A stretch of 64,000 nt of DNA from a virus (Duplodnaviria > Caudoviricetes), in the IMG/VR virus record IMGVR_UViG_3300049924_000176, positions 1,329-65,328 of that record. The stretch is one strand, 5' to 3'. Position numbers and translations under genes: made by a program. The notes below the pieces were generated by a model, which was not told the DNA's origin, made no database searches, and worked only from the letters and a program-made list of their open reading frames with translations. Position 1 is the first letter of the stretch. Every line of letters starts with the position of its first letter. Shown here piece after piece: positions 1 to 8,106 of this stretch.

Positions 1-2047
1 GGTTAGCAGGATCACCAAAGGGGTCCTTGAGGTTTGTTGGCAGCTTGAACCCAAACATCTTACACATGGTCCAGGTATGGAGGTCTACCCCGTTATCATG
101 AGCATCCTTTAATATACGGCTACCACTATGGCACTCTAAAAAGTGGAGTTCCATTCCTTTCCAGTCCCAATGGGGCCAACACTCACCGTCATCTGGTATG
201 ATGATATCCCTGAGATCACTTGGCAATTGTGCAAGAGGAGGATTGGTCGTACTCCATCGAGCATTCTTTTGGGTATGTATGGCAAAGTTGGGGTACACTC
301 GATCAACCACGGCGCTGGTGTCGAATCCATTTCGTTTCACTTCCTTACGTGCTTTGTCTCGTGCAGACTTGTTGGGGGCTGTATACACATTGTCTACTAA
401 TCCATAGATATAGGCATCTAAAGCGTGCTGGGCTTCCTGATATAACACGCGTGCTTCTAGTATTGGATCAGCCCCTTGGTCTATACGTTGTAGGGCAAGG
501 TCTAAGGTAAGGGTGGCCCTGGTATCCACTTCGGGCCCGACATACTCCCGTAGGGTAGCTACAGCATCCTCATCTATTGTAGGGTTCTTGGTCTTCTTGC
601 TAATCTGGATGGGGTAGTCTCGTTCGCGGTAACAGTAGTAACCCACCTGGTCATCACTACCGAGATTGATTGGCTTACCATAATAAGATTCAGCCAATAG
701 TTGTGCTTGTTGTACTCGGCCTTCATAATCATTCTTTGCCTCAATTACCCGCACCTTGTTGACCTTGATGCCCCTCTCCATACTCTTGAGTAACTGTGGT
801 ATTAATGCCACACTCTGAGACTTATAGACTTGATAGGCCTGCTGGTCCATATCGAAGGCTCGCTTGAGGTGTTCCCAGATCATTAGGGGTTCTATCACGT
901 CACCCCAGTTGTACAGGAGGTCTGGTGTGTCACCCTCTACTGGTTCCACCCATTTATGGTCTAGCAACCACTGTAGGCTAGCTTGCTTAACTTCAGGGGT
1001 GGTATCGTAGTCACCTAAGTGCTTGATTTTGTAGTACTGCCCGTATATACTGGTCAGAAACTCCAGGTCATGGGGTAGCTCACAATAGATCACAGCATGG
1101 GCTAGCATTTGGTCATCTACTTGCTTATAGCTATCATACTGAATGCCCGCACATCGCTTGAGGATGGGCATATCAGCAGCATAATTTTGAAATAGAACAG
1201 GTACACAACTAGCTAAGTTAGCTAGGTGCTTATAGAAGCTAGCTTTCATCCAGGGTTCCGCTTGCCTCGTGTCGATCTGTAAACCATGTACTCCACCAAT
1301 AGTGTCCACCCAACCCAGTCCGATCATAGTTAAAAGGGGTTGAGCTAAACCAAAGGGTCTGCCTACAAATTCGGTATCTATCGCTATATACTGGGCCTTC
1401 TGAATTGCAATAATAATCCATTTCAACACCTCACTCCAATTATCTGGTGTGGCAATCAGTCTAGAAGGGATGATTCTAGGCCAGTTATCTCCGGTACGCA
1501 CGGCTTTTCGCCAGTCAATTTCTGCTACCCACCACAACTTAGGGTCTCGCATGACACTGGCTAAATGTTCCACTACATACACACTTGGGAGACCTTGGCG
1601 GGTGGGGTAGAGTTGGTGCCCCCTCCACCGATATACCTGTACATGAGTCCCAGCACACCAGCTTGCGGCTACTGCCCCCTCTGCTATGATCTTAGTGACC
1701 TCACCAGGTATGCGTAAGTGATTGTTTGTACAGTGGTATATGGCTTCACTTAGTATCGGTTCAGGTGGGAGCTTGTCAGTCTTCTTCCCATGCTCAACCC
1801 ACCGGCACTTGAGCACATTGGCGATGGACACATTCACACCACGTTCTAGATGTGCTAGTGGGAAGAAGTGCTTGGTTTGTAACTCACCAGTAGGACCTAC
1901 AAAGGGCTTACCTAGCTTCTCCTCTGTACTACCAGGAGCTTGGCCTAGTACCAATGTAGTAGCACTAGGTACCAGTTCATCGGGTGTGTACCCTAGGCCA
2001 TCACCATACAAGGGGCATGAATGACAAGCGGGTGGTTTAGCTATCAC
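1..2047 (-). CDS. polA: Family-A DNA polymerase with N-terminal family-4-like uracil-DNA glycosylase domain and 3'-5' exonuclease (truncated at window edge)
   Basis: Absent from the ORF track because it has no stop in the window. Manual translation from GTG 2047 (AGGAG upstream) is open to base 2. UDG motifs CHSCPL, GQAPG..EEKLGKPFVGPTG, VLKCRW, HC; exonuclease motifs IAIDTE, QNYAAD, YNWGD; polymerase motifs ARWSTTNPPLAQLP and motif-A-like WDWKGMELH. Confidence 0.9.
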   Translation of the reverse strand, partial: MIAKPPACHSCPLYGDGLGYTPDELVPSATTLVLGQAPGSTEEKLGKPFVGPTGELQTKHFFPLAHLERGVNVSIANVLKCRWVEHGKKTDKLPPEPILSEAIYHCTNNHLRIPGEVTKIIAEGAVAASWCAGTHVQVYRWRGHQLYPTRQGLPSVYVVEHLASVMRDPKLWWVAEIDWRKAVRTGDNWPRIIPSRLIATPDNWSEVLKWIIIAIQKAQYIAIDTEFVGRPFGLAQPLLTMIGLGWVDTIGGVHGLQIDTRQAEPWMKASFYKHLANLASCVPVLFQNYAADMPILKRCAGIQYDSYKQVDDQMLAHAVIYCELPHDLEFLTSIYGQYYKIKHLGDYDTTPEVKQASLQWLLDHKWVEPVEGDTPDLLYNWGDVIEPLMIWEHLKRAFDMDQQAYQVYKSQSVALIPQLLKSMERGIKVNKVRVIEAKNDYEGRVQQAQLLAESYYGKPINLGSDDQVGYYCYRERDYPIQISKKTKNPTIDEDAVATLREYVGPEVDTRATLTLDLALQRIDQGADPILEARVLYQEAQHALDAYIYGLVDNVYTAPNKSARDKARKEVKRNGFDTSAVVDRVYPNFAIHTQKNARWSTTNPPLAQLPSDLRDIIIPDDGECWPHWDWKGMELHFLECHSGSRILKDAHDNGVDLHTWTMCKMFGFKLPTNLKDPFGDPAN

Positions 2048-2110
2048 TATTGGCACTCCTCACTCATAATTACTTGTGCAAGATAGATTGAGCTATCATC
2101 CTCACCATTT

Positions 2111-2268
2111 TAGGCGTAGGGAAAGTATGGCCATCGCTGACCGGCGCTGAGGAGTGAACCCCTTGGTAGTGTGGGGGTCAGTCACTGGGCGGAATACGTA
2201 GACGCTCACGTTACCGCTTTATATTACACTCCCCTCTGTACTCTGTACACTTACCTCCCTAGGCCATA
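2111..2268 (-). ncRNA. Putative structured RNA (long closing helix, multibranch interior, GCGA tetraloop hairpin)
   Basis: Manual pairing: GGCCTAGGGA/TCCCTACGCC, AAGTGT/ATACTT, GGAGTG/CACTCC, GCGG/CCGC, CCCC/GGGG, GGTCA-GCGA-TGGCC. Confidence 0.5.
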
Positions 2269-2270
2269 GG

Positions 2271-2385
2271 TGGGTGGAGAGGCCGGATATGAACCGGCTC
2301 CACGCGCATTGCGGGAGAGCAGGGTTCCCGTCACTGCCGTAGGCTTCCGTCCTGCGGTCGCGTGTCCATCCACGCCGCCCTCCAC
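2271..2385 (-). ncRNA. tRNA-like RNA (115 nt) with enlarged central region and encoded CCA
   Basis: Acceptor (G)TGGAGGG/CTCTCCA(C) then CCA; D-like arm GCGTG-GATGGA-CACGC; T-arm GCCGG-TTCATAT-CCGGC; about 60 nt between D and T arms; no canonical anticodon loop. Confidence 0.7.
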
Positions 2386-2395
2386 TAAAGGGAAC

Positions 2396-2495
2396 TATAT
2401 AAGGGGTGCGTTTTACCCGCGATCCCACCAAGTACACTTGACCTTTACGGGTGTCGGCGTTTCTTACCAGTATACTTACCAATGGTCCTTATATA
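2396..2495 (-). ncRNA. Putative structured RNA closed by a perfect 9-bp helix
   Basis: TATATAAGG (2495-2487) pairs with CCTTATATA (2404-2396); internal hairpins ACC-CGTAAA-GGT, CAAG-TGTA-CTTG, GCG-GGTAAAA-CGC. Confidence 0.4.
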
Positions 2496-2626
2496 GATGG
2501 CACAGCCGGTGTAGCGCATTTACTACTCCGTTTAACACTAGCACTAGGACATCCCACAACGATCAGTTATGGGCGCGGCCTAATACCTGTTCCCCCCTAG
2601 TCTAGGGTCTGACCCTACTGTGCCTC
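2496..2626 (-). ncRNA. Second cloverleaf-shaped RNA (degenerate tRNA architecture)
   Basis: 7-bp GGCACAG/CTGTGCC followed by A; short AGGGT/ACCCT hairpin; long arm ACTAGG/CCTAGT containing CCCATAAC/GTTGTGGG; 3' hairpin CGGAGTAG/CTACACCG. Confidence 0.5.
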
Positions 2627-2641
2627 ATTACTATTTATTAA

Positions 2642-3241
2642 CTAGGCTTTTGTAACAGCCTGAATGAAGTTCTTGGGCTCATACCCTGCTTCACGAAAGG
2701 TCTTACCTTCCTCCTCGTTATTGGCAGTCTGCCACTTCGTAGATCCATCAATAGCTTGGGTCTTGAAGGACTCACTGATCCTCAACTTAATTGGGTACTG
2801 CTTGAGGTTTGCTACCACTTCACCTGTACTCTTGTTAGCTCGTTCATCGTCCTTCAAGTTTGGGAACATGGCTTTGGACAACTGAGACCAGCGAGTAAAC
2901 AACTGATCCAGCTTACCCTTCGCATCCCGTTGTGCTTCCCAACTTGCTTCAAACCGAATGTTACTGAGCTTCTTGCCTTCAGCATTAAACACATCCGCAG
3001 TCAGTTGGTATCCCTTCCTCCACTTTGTATCAACTACCGAGTCATCACTGAACACCATTGCCCAGTAGTTCCCGCCATTCTTGCTCACCTTCTGCTCAAA
3101 GTATCGTCCTTCTACCTTCGTCACCTGCGCCAGGTAGCTACCAGTAGGAATGGTTCTAAACCGTGAGGCCTCAGCCATGGCGCTCGCTTCAGCAAACTCA
3201 CCAAAGTAACTCTCCACATCAAACCCAACAGGTGTAGGCAT
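2642..3241 (-). CDS. Putative ssDNA-binding protein (DUF669-like)
   Basis: N-terminal FRTIPTGSYLAQVTKVEG pattern; typical position downstream of an AAA_24 ATPase. Confidence 0.65.
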   Translation of the reverse strand: MPTPVGFDVESYFGEFAEASAMAEASRFRTIPTGSYLAQVTKVEGRYFEQKVSKNGGNYWAMVFSDDSVVDTKWRKGYQLTADVFNAEGKKLSNIRFEASWEAQRDAKGKLDQLFTRWSQLSKAMFPNLKDDERANKSTGEVVANLKQYPIKLRISESFKTQAIDGSTKWQTANNEEEGKTFREAGYEPKNFIQAVTKA

Positions 3242-3262
3242 TCTAGTCTCCTTTATAAGTGG

Positions 3263-3463
3263 TTAATCACACCGAGTGAACAGTAGTTCATATGCTTGCT
3301 TTACTTCATCACGAGTCAATAGGATCTCTGTAATATCATCCTCATTATTGTTATCAAACCGTATGGCTACATGATGTTCCTCCCCTTCTATTGGGCCTAT
3401 GAATACATTCGCATCACCGACACTCACGGTTTGTCTATGATAGATATGTGCCACTATTTCCAT
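3263..3463 (-). CDS. Hypothetical protein
   Basis: ATG 3463 with AGGAGG, overlapping the ATPase stop. Confidence 0.55.
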   Translation of the reverse strand: MEIVAHIYHRQTVSVGDANVFIGPIEGEEHHVAIRFDNNNEDDITEILLTRDEVKQAYELLFTRCD

Positions 3464-4197
3464 CCTCCTTCTATAGCCGCCCTGATTGCAGACCATCCGC
3501 CTGGCCCACTCGGTAGGATAATAGGAGCCCCTACTTGCTTTGGTAAGCGTTGCCGCACAATGATTGTATTGTTTGGGGTCATGTTAAATGTGCGTGTTAC
3601 ACCACTTGGCCCATTACTTGCCTCTAAGTAACCCACAAAGTCAAAGTAACCAGCACTACCTGCGGCTTGTCTACCTGGTAGATCGGGTGTCACAAAGGTT
3701 TTACCAGATAGCTGCTCCACGCTTTTATCACTAGGGCATGAACACATAATCATCTTAGCTGCACGGCGCAATACCATATAGACATTGTATGAAGTCTGGT
3801 GGAAGTCACCCCATTCATTCCCGCCGCTAGGCTTAATCTCAGGAAGCCGGTCGCTTCCTGTCACCTTCCGCATGATCCACCGGGAGAGGGCATGGCTAGA
3901 ATCTACTCCAATGGCGTGTACTTTTGCTGCTGCATATTCAGCCAAAGCATCTAAGAAGTCCTTGAGTGAATCAATATCTTCCCCTACATCACCCAGGCCC
4001 ATACCCCTTAGTGTTAATCCCCCATCCTCACCAACCACATTGATAAATCGTACCGGCCCGTTCTTCGATTCAGTCTTGAGGAAGTCACCCATGAGGTAGG
4101 TCTTCCCTGCACCTCTCCCACCATGTACGAGGATGCTAAACCCGTCTAGTTCCTGAGTGTCCAGATTAAACTTCTTACGCACGCTATTCACCTCCAT
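3454..4197 (-). CDS. AAA_24 / Sak4-like ATPase (ssDNA annealing)
   Basis: Walker A GGRGAGKT, IGVDS, TPDLPG and FDFVGYL motifs; lies between nuclease and SSB. Confidence 0.8.
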   Translation of the reverse strand: MEVNSVRKKFNLDTQELDGFSILVHGGRGAGKTYLMGDFLKTESKNGPVRFINVVGEDGGLTLRGMGLGDVGEDIDSLKDFLDALAEYAAAKVHAIGVDSSHALSRWIMRKVTGSDRLPEIKPSGGNEWGDFHQTSYNVYMVLRRAAKMIMCSCPSDKSVEQLSGKTFVTPDLPGRQAAGSAGYFDFVGYLEASNGPSGVTRTFNMTPNNTIIVRQRLPKQVGAPIILPSGPGGWSAIRAAIEGGWK

Positions 4198-5050
4198 TCA
4201 ATGATTGCTCTATAACTGGTGCTACTCTTCGTGGCACGATCACATACTTCTGTGCCATCAACCCCTCATCTAGATGGAATGTAAAGCAGGCATCATAGAA
4301 ACTGCACAACCCAAACATATCCTTGTGCCGACTCGCCATCTCAAGTTGCGCATCAGGATTGGCCATACGCGCCCACTTCGCTCTCGCACTTGTTAACCAT
4401 ATCTGTTGAGTCTCGGGGTGTACCTCGTGTGGTATTAATTGCACACTAAACTTGGGCTTATAGGTCACGAGACATAGGTACATGCGATAGCATGTGGTAC
4501 CTTTATGTAGCCCATAAGCCCAAGGATAATGCAGGAATTGCCAGCTTGTCATATACTCATCAATGGTTGATTGTATATACCTGGCATCCAAGTTCTGCTT
4601 ATACTTCACATCTGCCACACTTAACACCCCATCTAAATCTAACCCCCCCAGATCTATCACACATCCGCCACCCTCAGGTAGCTTCTTCTCTACATCCTGT
4701 ATAACCCAACCCTTAAAGGGGTCAGCACGGGCATATTGTGGCAGTGTATCGGCAATTCCAGAGGCTAATACGATTTCCTCGATGGAAGCTGCGAAGGCTA
4801 CTCCATGGTCCGCATAATGCTGCAATTCAGCATGAAATTCAGCTACTCCCATCTTCACTGCTTCATCCACTGTGCTACCTTTATGTAACATGGAGGCTGC
4901 TAGGTGGAAGGCTGTACCCGCTGCCCCACCCACCAACTTCTTGCTGGCTTCCTTAGGTACATAGTATAGGTCATTTTCTAAGTACCCTAGTAATGCGCAC
5001 CTATCCCAGGTGTCAGTACGTGTGGGGGAAAACACAGGTAGTTCAGTCAC
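4184..5050 (-). CDS. PD-(D/E)xK Cas4/RecB-like exonuclease
   Basis: S.T..DTWDRC, GTAFH, IDLGG, ADVKYK, QF..Y, C.FYDAC; GTG 5050 after GGAGG. Confidence 0.8.
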   Translation of the reverse strand: MTELPVFSPTRTDTWDRCALLGYLENDLYYVPKEASKKLVGGAAGTAFHLAASMLHKGSTVDEAVKMGVAEFHAELQHYADHGVAFAASIEEIVLASGIADTLPQYARADPFKGWVIQDVEKKLPEGGGCVIDLGGLDLDGVLSVADVKYKQNLDARYIQSTIDEYMTSWQFLHYPWAYGLHKGTTCYRMYLCLVTYKPKFSVQLIPHEVHPETQQIWLTSARAKWARMANPDAQLEMASRHKDMFGLCSFYDACFTFHLDEGLMAQKYVIVPRRVAPVIEQSLNGGE

Positions 5051-5084
5051 AAAGCCCTCCAAATATGTTAGCCAAAGTCCACCC

Positions 5085-5117
5085 TATATAGACATCGAAC
5101 AGCCTAAATTTCAACCC
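5085..5117 (-). promoter_or_regulatory. Conserved promoter-like motif, copy 1 (replication operon)
   Basis: GGGTTGAAA-tttaggctgTTCGATGTC-TATATA; 18-nt spacer. Confidence 0.7.
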
Positions 5118-5157
5118 TAGGGTGAAGAAATATTTATTTTCATGTTATCAATATTTA

Positions 5158-5190
5158 GGGTTGAAAAAACCCGGTTTCGATGTCTATAGC
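5158..5190 (+). promoter_or_regulatory. Conserved promoter-like motif, copy 2 (helicase)
   Basis: GGGTTGAAA-aaacccggtTTCGATGTC-TATAGC; 18-nt spacer; divergent from copy 1. Confidence 0.7.
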
Positions 5191-5336
5191 TATGAAGCTA
5201 TAGCGCAATAGCTGAGCTATGTTCATTTTTGTAACGAACCATTATCTATCACCTAACCACCCCTATATTTATATAACCCCTTATATATTATAGATATACA
5301 TAGGGTATATCTATCACAGTGTTGGAGGTGTACGAG

Positions 5337-6044
5337 ATGGTTCGATCTGTGACATTCAATGACTACGCTGCTCTTGAGCGACCAACCCTTAACTGGCTCA
5401 TACCTAACATCCTACCTAAACCTGGTATGTTGCTATTATTGGGCGAACCTTTTGCAGGCAAGTCTTTCCTCGCCCTACAGTTAGGGTTGTCTCTTGCGCA
5501 GGGTGGGACATTCATGCACAAGCGATGTGTGCAATCTCGCGTGTTATATCTACAGTTTGATCCAAGTGAGATGGTGTGGCGGGATAGAATCTTATCTATT
5601 CAACAAGCAGGGGTACAACTCGATGGCCCGCTTTTTATGACTCACCCTGATGATAGCCCACGGGTGATGAACATATTAACTGGGGAGAGCCAGAGGTTTC
5701 TAGCGGGCAGCCTTGAGGCTGCCCGCCCTGATGTGGTCATTATCGACGTGCTGCGGGAGATCCACTCAGCAGATGAGCAGGACTCCACACAAATGAAGCA
5801 GGTAGGTGACGCTATTATGCAGATATTCCATGGCAAAACGCTGGTTATACTCCACCATACACGTAAATTTGATAGCGAGAAACCGATCGAAGTTATTAAT
5901 TCCAGCCGTGGCAGTAGTTATCTGACTGGCAAGGCCGATGCTACATGGTTGATCCACAAAAATAATCTCCATACTGTTAGTCGGTTTGCATCACCACAGG
6001 TTCATCCGATGGAGCGTTTAGCGTGTGGGTTGTGGCGCGTATGA
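5337..6044 (+). CDS. RecA-family (AAA_25, RepA-like) helicase without primase domain
   Basis: WLIPNILP, Walker A GEPFAGKS, Walker B VIIDVL, LHHTRK, RGSS; ATG 5337 after GGAGG. Confidence 0.8.
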   Translation: MVRSVTFNDYAALERPTLNWLIPNILPKPGMLLLLGEPFAGKSFLALQLGLSLAQGGTFMHKRCVQSRVLYLQFDPSEMVWRDRILSIQQAGVQLDGPLFMTHPDDSPRVMNILTGESQRFLAGSLEAARPDVVIIDVLREIHSADEQDSTQMKQVGDAIMQIFHGKTLVILHHTRKFDSEKPIEVINSSRGSSYLTGKADATWLIHKNNLHTVSRFASPQVHPMERLACGLWRV

Positions 6045-6064
6045 CATTTTTTAAGCCAAACATT

Positions 6065-6496
6065 TTATAATGCGCCTTTCATCTTCTCTAGCCCACGCTG
6101 AATACTTCTATGCACAGCTTGGTACGAAGCATGATGACGTGCAGCAATCTCGCTCAATGTATAACCTTCATAATAGTATTCATAGATGTAGATAGCTTGA
6201 GTAGTTGTGACTAACTTGAAGGCATTATGTATATCTATTTGTAAGTCGAGATTAGTACGCTCAATATCAGGTGTCACTGCCTCATTGAGAGGCAAGTCCA
6301 TACGCCCCTCACGACCCCTACCCACACGTCGGTATACACATTGGAATATGTATGATAGCCATGAGCTAAGTTGGCGGTCCTTAGCTAACGTGTGGACTAT
6401 GGCATCGTGGAAGTAATCTTCCAAGTTGTCCTGCCGCAGTGCATTGAGGTTACGCACTGCGGTACGTGTTTTCTCTAGGTCATTGTCTAATTGCAC
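6065..6496 (-). CDS. ECF-like sigma factor / sigma70 region-4 HTH regulator
   Basis: C-terminal YYEGYTLSEIAARHHASYQAVHRSIQRGLEKMK; N-terminal LEDYFHDA resembles region 2. Confidence 0.7.
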   Translation of the reverse strand: MQLDNDLEKTRTAVRNLNALRQDNLEDYFHDAIVHTLAKDRQLSSWLSYIFQCVYRRVGRGREGRMDLPLNEAVTPDIERTNLDLQIDIHNAFKLVTTTQAIYIYEYYYEGYTLSEIAARHHASYQAVHRSIQRGLEKMKGAL

Positions 6497-6860
6497 ATGC
6501 GACCTCAGTTGTAATAGGTTGAGTGATACTTAGCTCACGTTCTTGACTGGCTACCCACTCTGCTATTTGTGGGCGAGTCCATTTATATACATCGTTAAGA
6601 ACCCAGATAATATTATACACCTCAACTTTAGGACTGGAGTACCAATGGCCTATATCTATTGGTGGTGTGACATGTGTACTAGCCCAAGGCCAAACCCTGG
6701 TACAATCATACAACCCAATATTATCACGCCTATAGCCAACAGCTAACAAGGCTGAGCCCCATGCGCACTTAGTAGGGCTATCATACTGCATACTATTAAC
6801 ACCCCTACCCTGCTTACTCCCCACACTACCTAGAATGATAGCTTCACTTAACAGCATCAT
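6480..6860 (-). CDS. Hypothetical phage protein
   Basis: LSEAIILG...CAWGSAL...ND..WTRPQIAEWV pattern; coupled to its neighbours. Confidence 0.55.
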   Translation of the reverse strand: MMLLSEAIILGSVGSKQGRGVNSMQYDSPTKCAWGSALLAVGYRRDNIGLYDCTRVWPWASTHVTPPIDIGHWYSSPKVEVYNIIWVLNDVYKWTRPQIAEWVASQERELSITQPITTEVACAIRQ

Positions 6861-7234
6861 ATTTGTACTCCTTTTCCCTCTATTACTTCCCACCCAAAGT
6901 TAGATGAAATTTGCTCCATTTCACAATAGGTAATTGCTTCTAGGTCTTCCACAGTAATTGATTCAGACCATCGGTTCCCAGTACCTAAACTTATTAATGC
7001 TACTTTCTTTTTATCTACTTGCGCCAATAAATAAGGCCTACCATCTACCTTAAACTGTTGCCCTACAGAATAAGTTTCAGGGACCTTTTCATCCACAACA
7101 TTCACACTATCTTTTCGTACAGCTTGGCGAAGGTCCTTCGGTCTAGATGTTGTATCTATAATATAAAAGGTTTCTGATTCTTCTAATACATCATATGGTT
7201 GTTGTTTTTCATCATACTTGAATGTAATTTGCAT
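6857..7234 (-). CDS. Hypothetical protein
   Basis: 125-aa ORF with GGAGG RBS; overlaps the next start. Confidence 0.6.
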   Translation of the reverse strand: MQITFKYDEKQQPYDVLEESETFYIIDTTSRPKDLRQAVRKDSVNVVDEKVPETYSVGQQFKVDGRPYLLAQVDKKKVALISLGTGNRWSESITVEDLEAITYCEMEQISSNFGWEVIEGKGVQI

Positions 7235-7245
7235 AATATAGCCTC

Positions 7246-7722
7246 CTATTTCACCAGCTTATGGCCAGGAAGATTGTCAATAAATGTGGCGTTGTTATCA
7301 CTGTTCTGTGTACCACCTGAGGCTGTGATGTTGGTACGTGATGGCCTGAGCACTGCTGCACCTCCTACAATTCCCCCTGCAATCACCGCAGCAGGTACCG
7401 CATTGGACATGACTGGACCATTGGCATCGTGGGTACGAGTCGTATAGGTCATGCCATTGTTATGCGTGTGCTCGTTGACACAATCCTCAACCTTCACAAG
7501 GATGTCGGTTTTAGGGTCCCAGTTCTCGAATGGACATGTTTGATAAATAGTATCCTTCACTGCGGGCTTGTCCAACGATGAGTCACCAGGATAGACGATA
7601 CGTTGGATGGCTTTGCTAGCCTTACCATTCGCGTCAATCATGGTCATTGGGAAATGCTGGCTTGCCCGTGTGGTACAGCCCACTGCACCTAACACCATAA
7701 TGCTGATTAAGATAGCTCTCAT
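7246..7722 (-). CDS. Putative lipoprotein
   Basis: ATG 7722 after AAGGAGG; MRAILISIMVLGAVG-C lipobox-like signal. Confidence 0.6.
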   Translation of the reverse strand: MRAILISIMVLGAVGCTTRASQHFPMTMIDANGKASKAIQRIVYPGDSSLDKPAVKDTIYQTCPFENWDPKTDILVKVEDCVNEHTHNNGMTYTTRTHDANGPVMSNAVPAAVIAGGIVGGAAVLRPSRTNITASGGTQNSDNNATFIDNLPGHKLVK

Positions 7723-8106
7723 TGTCACTCCTCCTTGGTTAATGATACTTCTGCTATGCCCCTGCCTGGTAGAACTGCCGCACCCACGCATACTCTAGTA
7801 TACCAATCATATGCTTGTCATACGCTGATTCAAGTGACTCTGGTGAGATCCCAAGTAATGGCCCATTGTAGATCAATGCCCCACAGAGACAACGTATCTC
7901 TGCCCGGCTATGTAGGTGCATGGGCTGCTCGACTAGGGCGATCTCGTTGACTCCATGTTTGATGGCCATGATATACCCCTACTAGTTATTTTCTAATGGC
8001 TTCATCCAACATACGCACCATCCACACTGGAGTAGTGCTAGAAATATGGAAGGTCTTTGCTACTCGTGCCCACCCTGAAGGGGCAGCAATAGCAGGAATC
8101 ATTACG

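Noticed and set aside
136-2024. Short ORFs listed in the track over 1-2 kb
   Set aside because: Shadows of the long minus-strand polymerase frame.
2376-2480. Twister-ribozyme-like AGTGGAGGG and upstream segments
   Set aside because: The other conserved twister elements are missing, and the string is explained by the tRNA-like acceptor stem.
4184-5050. Cas4 as evidence of a CRISPR system
   Set aside because: Solo Cas4-like nucleases next to Sak4 and SSB are standard phage recombination modules.
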